From Auanema rhodensis (taxonomy: Eukaryota > Animalia > Nematoda), in assembly GCA_964057225.1 (NCBI GenBank), contig OZ059895.1, forward strand, positions 4,960,001 through 5,024,000: 64,000 bases of DNA, given 5' to 3'. Below the pieces are notes generated by a model. That model saw only the letters and a list, made by a program, of their open reading frames with translations. It was not told where the DNA came from and ran no database searches. How positions within the stretch are numbered: position 1 is the stretch's first letter; each line of letters begins with the position of its first letter. Positions 39,795 through 53,800 of the stretch are shown here, piece after piece. Made by a program: the position numbers and the translations under genes.

Positions 39795-41342
39795 ATTTGA
39801 ACAGCTCAGTATTCATACAGTTACAGATTTAAAGATTTGATTGAATACAACCTGAAAATATTAGTTTGTGTAATGTTCTAACAAATACTCTTATGAATTT
39901 TGAACATTATATTACTTGCCTTAAATAGCGTTCGAAATGTAAAACGTATGTTCAAGCAGGATGAACGTGAAATATCTAAACAATTATGTTTTCAGTGTTG
40001 TATAATCGATTGTTCGTCACCTACTTTCCATGTCGTGCGTTTCATAACCTGATCTCAGCACATAGCCAACTTTTCTAAAGTGCTATAATTTTAAGAAACT
40101 GATGTTATATATAAAAGAAGTATTGAAATATCAAATTATATGTAAGATCACAATTTGAAGCAGTTTACTGATTGGAAGTGTTTGTTAAAGAATTTAAAGA
40201 AAACCATATACTCGTTTTTGCTTTTTGTTTCCGAATAATGCTTTATTGATTTAACCAACTTCCTCGGCATAATATAATCTTTTAGTAAATTTTCGTCGCT
40301 CATGTAGGCTTACAAACACTTACAATAAATCTGGTATGTAATCTAGCAAACATTTAAATAGTCTGTTTTCGGGTGAAAGTTCAAATCTTCAAAACAGTTA
40401 TACTAGAATGAATATAAACTTTGGACTGACTGCTCGGATCTAGTATTACATTATATAGTATTCCTTATTATAACAAACTGTAGAGAGTATATGAAGTCAT
40501 CATATTTATCTAAATTCCATAATAAATTCAATAAGATTATACCGAGTAAACGAACGTATCAGAATTTATATTTAGCCTACATTTCATCTTATTCTCATGT
40601 AAAAAACCATCGAAGTGAAAGTTCGCTATGATAAGAAACATAAGATTAAGACTATACATATTTAAGAATTATTATTTATTATTATCATGTAAATCATGTA
40701 AAATTTTATGTTACGAAATTATAAACTACTAAAAGTAGTCTTTGGGCATCTTTTCAAATATCCATAAAAGCTTAATAATTTAATTAAAGTATACTTATTT
40801 AAGAGTAAATTTAAAACCAAATTAAGATTGAGGTAGAAGTACCTATCACTTTATTAATGTTAGGCTAAAATTCTAAATACGTTTGCAAGCGTAGACAGGA
40901 ATTTGACTAGCATTAAGCTCATTTAAGAAAAGTAATACTATTTCAAATTAATTCTGAGCAACCAATACGACTCCAAAATGGAAACAATTTTATTTATAAC
41001 AACACATTTTCATTGAAACGGTGATACGTAAATAGGGTGAAGTATTTAGATAAATGCTGTTTTATTTGCTTGGTTTAATCATGAAAAGTATTCTAAGTAT
41101 TTTCTTCAGCTGATAAAACCAATAATTCCTGGTTTTATCAAATTCAATGAACGAGATGTTTTCGAATTGTGATTGTGCAAAATTAAAAATTTTCGAGCCT
41201 ATTGTCTTATATACATATAAAAAAGTATACACATATATCTATATATATATATTAGACTCAATACATTTTTTGTCCGTCACGAAGTAATTAGTATTTACCA
41301 GAACTTTGTGTAACTGGGCAACTTTGTGGAAACACAGATGTG

Positions 41343-43184
41343 ATGCAGATTGCTAGATCTTCTCTTTATATATCTAGAGGAGCCAGAAATTCTCGCTGGA
41401 ATGCAGATGCGCATTTAAGGTAATATTAGTTTTGTTGAAGTAAACTCGTTTTTTAAGGGCTCATGAACGATCAGTTGCCATTGAAGAAGATGCCATATTA
41501 CGCATTGATACATGCCAATTAGCCGCGAACAGTCCTATAGAAGATTTTTACTCAGCTGCTAAATGTAGGCTTAGATCTTTAATTTATCTAAATCTATCTC
41601 ATTTATCTAAATAATTTTTGAAATGAAGGTCTCTCATCTCGTGCTTTACTTGTGGGTGTTTTTGATGGTCACGGAGGACCACAATGTAGCCGTTATATCT
41701 CCACTAATTTATATCCTTATCTGTGTGCTTCGGTTCTCAAAAAGCATGAGGTATCAAGTGTGTTTATTTCATCATTTCTATATTTGGTATAGATTGAAGA
41801 AATTGAATTGGAGAAACGACTAGAATGGATATTTAGCAGTGCCGATGTGCATCCTAATCAATTTTTGTAGCGTTTCTCATGTGTGAAGGATTTTTTATTT
41901 TTTTCAGCAAAAGCAAAGGAGGTGGCGTATCGAAGTATCATAATAAATTTTTGAGAAGCAATGATTTTTACTTGGGAACCGTAAGGGAAGCATTGAAGGT
42001 TCTCTCTTCAGACCGTGTAATGTTTTCAAATTTTTAATTTTTTTTAGTCTGCATTCGAAGCGTGCGATGAGGATTTATCAAATGCAGCTCTACCTGATGC
42101 CAAAGGAATAGTAGATAGGTGTGATAGGATTATATGTATATATTTTTAGTAAAAGCATTCTAGGCTTTCTGTTCGAATTGCAGCTTCTGGCTCATGTTCA
42201 ACACTAGCCCATATTCGATCCAATCATCTTCATGTCGCAAATTCCGGGGATGGTGCAGCTGTATTAGGTTGGTACATTCTTCTATTCAATTAGTTTGCTC
42301 TTCAGGAATTACGGGACCCAACGGCGGTGTTACTGCACGACAGCTTTCTCGTGCTCATTGTATCGATAATCCTGATGAAGTTCGCTATATGTTCTATGCT
42401 AATGTTAATTCATATTGTTAGGCTCAAAGAATACGAAATAGCCATCCGAGATCTGAAACCAATATTCTGCGTGGTGGACGTCTCTTGGGTGAATTATTCC
42501 CTCTTCGTGCTTTTGGTGATGTCAGATATAAATGGCCATTAGAGTTACAAAAGGTATAAATTTCAAATGAGCTAATACCTAAGAGTTCTGTGTTAGGTTG
42601 TCTTGGAACCACTAGGAAATCCTCCACCTCCCAATCTACTAACTCCTCCTTATCTAACGGCCTCTCCTGAAGTTTTCTATCACAAACTAACTCAGAATGA
42701 TAAATTTCTTGTGTTAGCCACAGACGGATTATGGGAATGGTTGGATCCAGATACTGTTGTTCGACTGGTGCATGATCATACACTAGGTACTCAAACTTTG
42801 CAACCCTTTCAACCAAAACCTGCTTCAACTTTATTTGAGGTATATACTTTGGTTTCTTTCGAAGTTTAAATTTGTGCTATAGGTATATAAAGAACTTAGA
42901 GACAGAAAAAAAGGGGAACAAAAACAGAAAAAACCTATTGATGATAATTGTGCTACTCACATTATCCGTCATGCCCTCGGAGGTATAACTGGCGGTGCTA
43001 GTAGACAATATGAACGACTTATAGACATTCTACAGGCATGTCTAAATAAAAGAGTTATTTAATAATTATTTATAATTTTAAGATTCCTCCTGGACGAGCA
43101 CGTAATTATCGCGATGACATTTCGGTTATAGTAGTTCATTTCAACGAGAAATACTTGTCACAATTGCCTGATGATGTAGAGTAA
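41343..43184 (+). CDS. pdp-1: Pyruvate dehydrogenase phosphatase (PP2C/PPM family), multi-exon
   Basis: Spliced translation gives MQIARSS..., QLAANSPIEDF, GVFDGHGG, LHVANSGD, GRLLGELFPLRAFGD, TPPYLTASPEV, FLVLATDGLWE and ARNYRDDISVIVVHF...VE*, all PP2C/PDP motifs. Confidence 0.95.
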
Positions 43185-43362
43185 TAATATTGTATATTCG
43201 TATATATTTTTATAAAGATTAATATAGTATTATATCGTGAAATCATCTTTATAGCCGTTCATATGCATATAGGAACACAAATCTTATAAATATTTTGTGA
43301 AAATGACATGCCCGTGAAGCAGAAATAAGTTGAGAGTAGAGTTTAAAAAATGAGATTCGTCG

Positions 43363-44300
43363 CTAACGTGGGAGATTCAAAAAGTTCTGCGGTTGCTGGC
43401 CTTGTGGCGGATTGCGCATTTGATGAGATTGATGCATTAAATCATGGTGTACATATCCGCCGGGTCCTTGATAAGGATTAGGCTGCATTCCTTGCTAAAA
43501 AAGAACAGAAAATAAAAACAGGTCTTACATTTTTCTAACCTGATGATGAAACCCATAAGGTTGGGGCGGCATTACCATTTGAGAATATTGCAAGCCTTGA
43601 TTAGTTGGAGTGTTTCCTTGTCCTGGATTTTGTGGATATTGATGAGGCATCATTTGAGATGGAAGTTGCTGATGTACAGGATGTGCTGGATGTGCAGGAG
43701 CCGTACCAGGCTGATGATGAGATGGTATTCCGGGTTGTTGTGGCGCAGAGCCCGAAGGAATTCCTTGCGGTGGTACACTGCTCGAATGGGGAGGTTGCGA
43801 TATACTGGGATTGTCTATTCAATTCGTTTTACTAAAAAAAGTATTTCATGATAGCTTACTCTGATTTGGATCAGCCTGTTGTTGCGTAGAAGATTGGTGT
43901 TGCGCCTGAGGCTGTTGTATGGTGGTCTCGTGCTGCGAGTGAAGCGCCATTTGATTTTCATTTGGCATTGGTCTCTCCGCTATATCCTCCTTTAAATAAT
44001 AAAAAAAGTAAATTAATATATGTTATAAGTACTTTCAATTGGTTTAAAAGAGAGTGATCAGCCAGTTTGGCCAGCATCATAAGATTTCGATGTAGTAATT
44101 GCTGGTGTAGAACAGCCTCTTCTGCACGACCCTAAAACTTTATATATATATATATACAGAGAAACGTTAACGACAACCTGATCGTGACACTCTTTGATTT
44201 TTGTAATTAATTGAGAATTTTCATCTAAAAGTTTTTGGACTGTTGCCTGTTGATCAGGAGCCCCTTGTCTCACTTGGCTGGGCGCAAAAGCGAGTGACAT
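43363..44300 (-). CDS. SS18/CREST-family (SSXT domain) BAF subunit with Q/P/G/Y-rich tail, multi-exon
   Basis: MSLAFAP...QATVQKLLDENSQLITKIKECHDQ|GRAEEAVLHQQLLHRNLMMLAKLAD matches the SSXT domain. The last exon QGMQPNPYQGPGGY...LPR* is QPGY-rich. Confidence 0.88.
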
Positions 44301-44433
44301 CTTAATCAAAGTACAAATAATAAACATAACAACAAGAACAATAGAAATGGAAAATAACCACCATTAGAACAGCTTCAAAAAAGTTGACTAAATTTTTTTT
44401 TCAAGAACGTCTGTGCTACAATAACTAAAAAAT

Positions 44434-45141
44434 CTACTTAGTGCTGACACGGCCTCTCTTGTTCCAGGAAAAGTTAATACCGTAATTTTTAGGCTTGATT
44501 TGACGCTCATGGACTTCCTAAAATTATTCTTGAGAAACGGATTCTGATTATAAAGCTTACCTCTAATTCGAAAGACCATCTGTTTTTCTCACAGAAAGCT
44601 ATAGCGTCTTCCTTGGAGGAGAACTTCAAGTTCATTCCTATGTTTGATAAAGGATCAGCGCTGAAATTAAAATATAATTAGACAAATTCTATAACAAACG
44701 TTTACGTTCCCGTCCATCCCATCAATGGATTTTCCCAACGTTCCTTATTATCAAGCTCAATGCGCCATGTCTGGAAAAATATTAAATTAAAAATATATCA
44801 ATAAGGGAAAATATACATTAGTGTTGTTCCAAGGACTCTGTGTTGCCTCACGTGTTGGTTGAAAAATACGAGCAATACGTTCTTCCTGATGTTCCATTGG
44901 TACGCCTCCAATATCCATAGTTTCATCAACAACAACAGTAATAGGAACCTATTATAACCATTAATTCTCATTATCCATATGTAGTAAAAAATACTTTGGG
45001 AGTAACTTTTTCCAAAATTTCATTCACATCCTTTTTTTTTGCATCGTGTAATCTAGTTTGAGGGAGATTTTTAACAGCGCTAGAGAATGCACGTACCAAC
45101 GCAGTTTGACGACAAATCGTTGAGACACCCAATTTGAGCAT
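44434..45141 (-). CDS. lpd-5: NADH dehydrogenase (complex I) subunit NDUFS4, multi-exon
   Basis: Mitochondrial-type leader [12 protein letters not shown]..., then [46 protein letters not shown] and [13 protein letters not shown]. Confidence 0.95.
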
Positions 45142-45444
45142 CTGTAATATTAGAAATACACGAATATGCGAGATAATTAATGAATTTATGTATAAATGTA
45201 ATTTTTATTTAAAATTACAAAATCAACACTATCATTAAAAACTTATGATAATCAGATTATTTTTTAATACTATTCGATATTCAAAATAGTCGTGGAACTA
45301 ATAATAATGTACGAAGTTTTGAAAGACCATATTTCTTTTACGTACAAATTTATTACGGTATTTATAGATATATAATATAGCTAACGAGGGAATATTTGAT
45401 CGATAAGTTATTTATTATTCCTAGTTTTTTGGTGATTTTATATA

Positions 45445-48192
45445 ATGGCTTCAGATAGTGAAGGTGTGGAAGAGGTTTGTACTTAATTTCTGATTAAAAT
45501 AATTGATAACCTTCAGTCTGATGGTACATATTTCATAGTTGATTCTATCGTTGGTGTTGATCTCATTGATGGCGATATAAAATATAGAGTAAGATGGCAA
45601 AATTATCAAGCGGGTGACGACACCTATGAGCCTGAAAGCCATTTCAGATGTAAAAAAACATGTAAAATCAAATATATTTTCCATGTTTATTCAGATGAAT
45701 CTGTTCTTAGTAAAATGATGGATGACTTTCAAACTAAAAATATGACACGAATCCAAGAATTGAGAGAAATGGCTAAAGTGGCAAGAAAAAAGAAAAAAGT
45801 TATTAGACGTTCAGTACGAAAAACTTATGAGTATGTTGATGTATGCGTAATCTCTTTCTCTCTCTCTACTATTTTTCATTGTTAGGAATCTAAAGAAGAA
45901 AACGGACTGATGGTTTCTCGAGAGCCTCTAGCCAATGATGAATTTTATGGCACTACTGTAGCTGATGCAACAGGAGAATTGAAGAGGCTGATTGATCCTT
46001 CTCATAAAAATTCTTCAACAGAATTGGTTTAATTGTTCGAATATAGCATAACAATTACGTAATATCAGATATTAGCTCAAATGAACTCCAATGCTCGGGT
46101 GACACGTCGACAAATGAAGAATATGTTACCAGAAGTTGTAAAACCAGATTCTGGCCAAAATTCTGTTAGTTAAACTAAGTTAATGTTCAAAGTATTATTT
46201 TTCTTAAAGGCTTCTCCTACCCCTCCATTATTAGGTAGTAAACGACAAAGTGCTGGAAAAGAAACTGAGGTTTCGATTGGAGCTAAAAGATGTTTGAATC
46301 AGGTATAGGTATTATTTTGTACTCAGAAATAGTTTTTGCTTTAGAATATGAGTGATGTTTTTGATGCGGAAGATGATAACGATGAAATTAAGACCGACGA
46401 CACTACTACATCGTCAGAAGAGATTTTTGAAGTGTTTTCGTTAATTCGAAATTCCGGAGCATCTGACACTACCAGTGAAACTGTGGTTCTAGTTAGTGTT
46501 TTAGTCTACATAGATATAATACTTTTTATAGGACAATGTAGAAGCGGACGAGACCGCTTTTGAGAAAAAGACAAATGCACAAGCAGTAAAATCTTCAAGT
46601 GAAAGAGTTAAGAGGGAAAAAGATAAGAGTAGCACAAAAGCTGAAAGAGCTGTACACTTAGAAAAATGTATAGAAGCCTCTCCGAAGGTTGAAACGTCAA
46701 ACGAAATAAAAGAAGGTAGTAGAAACAATGATTTTCAAATCTCAAGTTGGGACAATATCTCTGCAAACTGTACTGATGAAACCTCATGTTCTCAAGTAGC
46801 TGTAAGATATTCATTATCACCACTTGTGAGCTTCATGTTTAATAACATATTTTTTAAACTTTTTTAGGAATTAAATACTATTATTCGAGAAGGAGACATA
46901 AAGCTATTTAAGAAAACTATCCATCTTGCCAAATGCGATAAAGATTTTTATCGTTGGACAGACAGAGACACAGGCTTCACATTTTTTCATACTGTAAGAA
47001 ATTGCTTGAAAGCGCAGTATTTCCGTCTTTTTACAGTTATGTGCTTATGTTAAATGCCCTGAAAATCATGAAACAGATGATTTTCTGACTTATCTTTGTG
47101 ATTCATCTGTGTTTGGTCAAATAATTGATTATCAAGAGAAGAGCAACTTATTCACTGCTTTACATTATTCTGTAGAAAATGGAGCAGTATGTTGTATTGA
47201 GCTATCTGTTTACTTAACTGTTTCAGACATGTCGAGTTTCGAGACTATTAGCATTCAACTGTGCTGTAAATTACCCAGATCGAAATGGTTATACACCCCT
47301 CCGCTTAGCTTATAGAAAAAATCATGCAAAAATGATGAAACTTCTCCTGCAAAAGGGGGCAAATTTTGCTCAACTAGAACTAGAAGAGAAAAGGTTACTT
47401 TTCATTTCTCCTATATATGTTTTTTACATATTACTGTTTCAGAAAGGCTCCAGAAGAGAGGAAAAAGAGAGCATATGAAGTTTTAACGAGACATGTAGAT
47501 ACAGTGCGTAATTTGCTGTCTACGACAAGAAATCGTGTGTTTAGGTTAATTTTTTAAATGTTATGGTTTTTTCTAATTCTTAAATGAATTTTCTAGAAAT
47601 TTAGTGGATGCATGTGAAAGCACTTTCCAATCTCCTATAATGACCTCTCCTTGCCATGAAGGGCCCACTTTCATTTTCCCGGTAAATCGATTAGTTTGAT
47701 TTCAGTAATCATTAATTTTAGTATAATTTGCCGGCAATAGAAATTCCTAATGAGACATATATGTTTTTACTTTTTATTTATATGTGTAATTTTGAATCAA
47801 ATGATTTTTCTAAGGTAAGTTCATGCTATATATCTTAATTAAAAATTCTAAATGTAGTGGACGGCACGTTGTTGGCCTGAACTTCATGTTAGATGTGAAG
47901 TCAACAATTGCGCGCTTGAACCGGTTCAAAACTCAACACATCCTATGGTCTTCTTCGCTAACTCGTTCAAAACGGGTGATAATATTTTGAAAATTGAATT
48001 CACAAATCCGGATGTAGTGTAAGAAATAGGTTTTAAACTTCAAAAATTGAATACATTTTTAGGATTAATTTTGTTTTGGCTGCTCAAGTTGTTTTAGTTA
48101 AACGAACAGAGGAAATTTTGCAATATGCGGCTACTCCATGGAGTATTAATAGCGGGCTTGAAGTTGCTCCATTAGTTGGACCTATGTTTTAA
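45445..48192 (+). CDS. Chromodomain + ankyrin-repeat protein (MPP8/MPHOSPH8-like architecture), multi-exon
   Basis: Exon 2 reads FIVDSIVGVDLIDGDIKYRVRWQNYQAGDDTYEPESHF (chromodomain). An acidic/S-rich linker follows, then ankyrin motifs FTALHYSVENG and DRNGYTPLRLAYRKNHAKMMKLLLQKGA. The beta-rich C-terminus ends FVLAAQVVLVKR...PMF*. Confidence 0.85.
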
Positions 48193-48302
48193 TGTTTTAT
48201 TTGTTACTATAACGGGCAAAGACTAGACGTTGATTTTTTTTTTTGAGAAAAATATTAACAAAATGAGAATTAGTATTTACAATGTTTCATGACCAAAGTC
48301 CA

Positions 48303-48581
48303 TCACTCGTGCTTTTCGTGTTCGATTTCTTCTTCATATTCTTCGTCCTCATCAGGATAAAATTCTTCTCGATCAACGGAAAAATCAGCCGAGCATACAC
48401 TTTGAATGTTTTAATAAATAATCAATTCAGCAACTTTTTTACCTGTAGCAAATGATACTGAAGAAGGCTATGGGAACTCCGAATAAACAAGCAGATAATA
48501 AGGGTTGTGTAGCAAACATCTGAATAACGTTTGAATACACCTCATAAGTCATTCTTCTAATTCGTATTGGCCAGGACCGCC

Positions 48582-48615
<34 letters not shown>

Positions 48616-50109
48616 ACTTTTTAATAGAACCTCCAAGTGGTACGGCAGTTTCTTTAATTATTGAATCCGATAATGTTTCTAACCATAGTAATATTGATTG
48701 CCGAGTCATATGTTCAGAATCATCATAAGACAAGAAATATTCATAGGCGGTATAATTAAAAACCAATAATCCTTTAAAAAAATTAGTACAGATATAAAAA
48801 AATGGATACCTGGTGGATTCATAGCACCCATTATGATGCTTGAGGCTATTTCTGGGCCATCGAGCCAGGCAAACTGAAACATGTCCCAAAGGTGTTCTGC
48901 TCTTCTCATATCATTAGCAGCTTTCAAAGTTTTGTCATAAAATATGCCAATAGGAGACGACATGTTGAAACGATCCATCTGTTATTAGACTATCCACTGC
49001 ATTTTTGAAAATAAACAAACCTCAGTCACTACACATAAAACCAATAATTTTCCGGTCGTTGAAATATCTGTTATAGTAGATGGGGTAGCTTTAGGCATAA
49101 GGGGCCATCTTTCTTTTGTTATCCAAGTTCTGAGTCCTTCTATATATTTTTTAAATGCTTGCATATATAGATAGTTCAACCTAATTCTCCGTGATAAGCT
49201 ATATAGCGGTCATCTTTGAAAACAGCCACACGAGCTTCTTTTAACGAGGCAGGCACAGATTCTGGCTTCGCAGAGAAGAATCTTGTCTGAAAGGAATATA
49301 TTTCCCCTTTTAATATAAATATTACATACCTTTGAAAACAAACTATCAGCAATATTTTCGAATTCCAGTCTCCAACCATCCTTTTTTTCTCCAATGAGTA
49401 CAAACACGGGATCATTACCTTGTTCCCTTTTTATCTGAATTCAAATGATTGGGACTGAAAGGAATTACTATGAAGAGATATTTACATCGCTCAGTTTGAC
49501 AGCATTTATACTTTCTATGAGAGGCGCAGAGCTTTTCATACAAAAGCTTACAAGAGCATCTTTCGAACGATCTCCCTGGTATTCAATTCGGCGACCATTA
49601 CGAAAGCTAAATGTTTGAGTAAAGTTATTCCACAAGATAATAATAAATACAAATTATTTCTATCATCTTAAAGTGGAAGTTATTTTTATTATTTTGAAGT
49701 AGAAAACTAACTTACAATATAAGAGTTGGATATCCTCTTATTTCCATTTGATTGCAAGCAGAATTAAATCTAAGACGATATCTGATTACTTATTAGATTT
49801 GAAGAAATTCACCTTGTACAATCCATTTTTGCAACTCTAATTGGCAAGTTTTTATCTTGTAAAGCATGTCCTAAATGTTCCCAGGTGGGAGCCAAGCGTT
49901 TGCAGTGAGCACACCAAGGAGCATAAAACTTAAATGTTTAAAGTTGTAATATATGTTTATGGCAAAGGAATTGTCACCTTAACCAGCCACATGCCATCAT
50001 CTTTGACATCAAGGAATTTGTCATTTAAATCTAAAACAACGCTAGTTGGGACGGCCCCATTAACCCTCAAAGGCAGATGTAAAAGGAAAATCAATATGAA
50101 ATACTCCAT
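48303..50109 (-). CDS. TMX3-like transmembrane protein disulfide isomerase, multi-exon
   Basis: Signal peptide MEYFILIFLLHLPL; WLVK|FYAPWCAHCKRLAPTW (thioredoxin CxxC); TM segment LSACLFGVPIAFFSIICY; acidic tail ending HEKHE*. Confidence 0.92.
48585..48612. repeat. (TA)14 microsatellite in a TMX3 intron, abutting the acceptor
   Basis: Direct read. Confidence 0.9.
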
Positions 50110-50618
50110 TATTAGCTATCGGTTAATTGCCTGAAAATAAACAAAAGAAAATTTTCATTAGATGTTAAAATCTGAAAAGAATAAAAAATATCGACTTTCT
50201 TTACTGGTAGAGACTGCAACAGTGTTATATTAAAAGGGTACGTGAAAGTTCGTCAATGTAATGGTCCCAGTATTAAGGGTGACCGCTGAGCTGTATCAAA
50301 GCTATTAAGCCACGGCATTTATTTACAACATAATGTCGCTGTCTGGCCACTATTTCAAAACAAATTCGTTATCGAAATATGAACAAAAGATATAACAAAC
50401 TGAAATTCGAGACAGTATATTACTGATTACATCATATGAAAAACTTGATAATAGTTAACTAAGCATAATTTCGTATGAAACTACTTTTTAGTTGATATAT
50501 CTTTGAGCCTTTTATGATTTTGTAATATTAGGAACTTTTTTATAAAATGAACATATAATTTAATATGTTTTGTGTTCAACGGTAGTCAAGCGCTTGCATA
50601 ACTGCAGTTTATCCAAGG

Positions 50619-50632
50619 GTTACTATGACAAC
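50619..50632 (+). promoter_or_regulatory. X-box (RFX/DAF-19 binding site) upstream of the IFT57 gene
   Basis: GTTACTATGACAAC fits the consensus GTHNYY-AT-RRNAAC and lies ~180 bp upstream of the ATG of a ciliary IFT gene. Confidence 0.85.
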
Positions 50633-50811
50633 TTCCAATAAGCGGCATTATTCAATATGTTTTCTAGCATTTATTGTCTATTGATTATTTCTTTCAATAA
50701 TGCTTAATGCATAAATCAATTCAAGCCCAAAAATTGTTTTATTACAATATCAAATAATTTAAAAAATCTTTTCGACATACAGTTTTCATATGAGTGATTT
50801 AAGAGTGAAGA

Positions 50812-53800
50812 ATGGATGACGACGAGACAGTAGATGCAGCGAATAATCAAGGTGATGGTCCTGGAAAGAACTACGAAGTGTACAAAAAAAATGAACAGCT
50901 TCTTGATAAGTTGAAACTTTTGAATTACGAAGATGGTTTTCTTAGCTTACAATATAGACCAATTCAAAGGTTTATTTTTTTCTATGCAATCTGACAGTTA
51001 CAATAATAACAAATTATATGTTGAATCTCTAGGCATTATTTCACATTGTCCACAAATGTCGGAGAGCAGTTTTATCTGTTCACAAGTTTAGCTGCTTGGT
51101 TAATTAGAAAAATAGGAAACGAAAACTTTGATGTACCACAAGAGGTAATGCTTAATTATTATTTACCCGCATACTATTTTTGCAGTTTGACGACCCAAAC
51201 TCTACTATAACAAATATTTTGAGTGAATTACGATCTAAGGTTAGTATTTTTTTAATTTAACTCATCAATCTTACTTCAAAGACGGCACCCGTCTAACGAT
51301 TGTTCAAATTTAAAGTTTTGTAAGTAATGTACATATATGCTGTTAAAACTGGAGAGCGATTCATACGTTTCAACAACGTTAATGCAGCGTACTCCAGTGA
51401 ATCTGGGAATATTGCAGAGTTCTGGGCCCTGTAATCAGTAAAATAGTTATCAATTTAGAATCTTGGCAAAGTACCTTACAAGTTCCGTGGCGTTCTCCAT
51501 TATAAAATATTTTATTATAACATTTCTCTATCAAAGGGTAATATAACATAGTTGAAGGCATGTTGTGGTACAAATCCATTCGAAACTAAATAGTACTTAT
51601 AAGTCACTAGAACACCAAAAACCTACTTTCATTTTTTCAGCAAATGATTTTTCGATCTCATTTATATCCCCTTGCTCTAGTATGGGCACAGTTTGATTTT
51701 TCAGAAGTAATGGGTCATATTTAGGAATTTTTTCAATGTTTTTGATTTTGTTCAAATGTGTCCAGTAGCGTAAATGTATTACAGAATTATTGTGAACCGG
51801 CAAACTGTACTAAAAATATAACGAAAATATCAAAATATAAAAGACAATAAATTGCTCATACCTGGCTATAGCCATTTTTAATACCATAGCTGCTATGAAT
51901 CCACACGCTGTTCACAAGGGATGGTTTCACAACTAGTTTTCCCCATCTAAGAGAAATAAAGAAAAAATCAGTATCTATTTTTGTTCTTACCTGATTTCTC
52001 CTTTAAATGAAATAGATTTCAAAGTAGACGAGAGAGAGAATGTATCAGGAGAATCACCTGAAACAAAAATATCACTGTCAATTCTAAATTTTATACTACC
52101 AGATGTTAATTCGGCTTGGGACATATTATATGCAATAGCTGCAGCATTTGGAAAATAAGCAAAGATCTGAATGATTTAAAAGTTTTCATAAGAATCTGTT
52201 GCTAAGAAAAACTTGTTGAAATTCCTGAAAATAACCCTTTCTGTCTAATCGAGGAATAATAACATCATCAGGATCAGGGAAAATTATATATTTGGCGGAA
52301 GCCTTGTATCGCAGCAAGCAATCTGTCATAGCGGATGCTTGATTTCGAAACTCCAATTCTATGTTGGGATCAAACTCTTGTGCACTAGCTCTGTGCTTGC
52401 CTGTAGTAAATATATCAAAAGGAACAAGAAAACTATAATCTGTAAAATTTTATTTACTGGTATACCTAATCTTACTCTTGGCCATGCAGTTATTCTAACA
52501 TTACGATACAATGATAACAGTTGAAAAAGGTCTGTAAGCATACTTCTTACATAGAATTGCATAAAAGCACCATAATGGGAATAAATCTGAAAGTACTAAA
52601 TATTAAGATATTTCTTTTGAATATTTGTACTTCAGAAGACAATAGTAAAAGTTGCCATTTTTCATTAAGAAATAATGGGGTAAAACAGACGACTACATCA
52701 TGCTTCCTAGTATAAGGCAGTCTTAACCCAACCTTTAAACATTAAATTTAATATCGAACAGATGCTTTTGACATACTTCCAGTTCATCACCAAAAGTATT
52801 CTGAATTTGAATACTATTTGCACCATCTACAACTTGCCCCGTTGCCAAATACGGAACCCATTTACAATAAAATGGAGTTTGTCCAACAACTTGTTCAACT
52901 CTTAAAACATTATTAATGCCTTGAGTCTAAACCAGTTAAACAGCACTTGAACGGTATTTTCATCATAGATGTTTCATTGCGAGATATAAGTAAGAGATTA
53001 GGATGTTTCAGATGAAAAACTTGATGAGCATTCAATAGTAGAACAGCTGTGTTTGGTTTATAACTTCAAATTAAAAAAAAATTAAAATAGCTTGAATAAA
53101 AAGTCTTACAAGGATGAATTTTTAAATAGAGTTGCTGAAAGAATAACTAAATCATCCTCTCGTGCGACATAATCTTGTAAAATATGATTGTGTTGAGTGT
53201 CAAATATTGTAAGCCCAATGGTTAAAACGGTTGCCATTATGCCTAATATTGTTAGTAGTATTCGGAGCACAACGCGTCTGTATCGCGGAACTGAAATCAA
53301 ATCTCGAAATACTTAACAACTAACTGTATACCTCCTATTAATCTAAATACATAAGGTCTGTAGGTATGATTGACGGAATTATTCATTAGAAACAGTGATT
53401 TTGCAAAAATTCAAGAAAAATTCGAGGAAAATTTCGTGAAGACACTGAAAACAGTCAGATTAGTCTTTCTCGAAATACCCAGAAGATAAGGAGAAGAGAT
53501 ACCGCCTAACAAACAGGCTGTCTCCCTATAGATTCAAATCTGACACCATTCGAAAGAAAAATGTTCACTCTTCCGAAGATATTACAAAATAGCTAAGCAA
53601 TGTCCAGATAAACGTTGTTTATTTACCACACACATTGACAAGATCAGGTTTTTATGAAATAAATCTTTAAAATATTCTCTTCAGAATGTTATCGTTGATT
53701 TCTCAGCTAATAAGCTTCGACAAGGCAGTGGCGAAAATGCACTTTATGTTCTGAATTCCCTTGCAGATTTAGCACTAATAAACACAAATTTCAAATGGCA

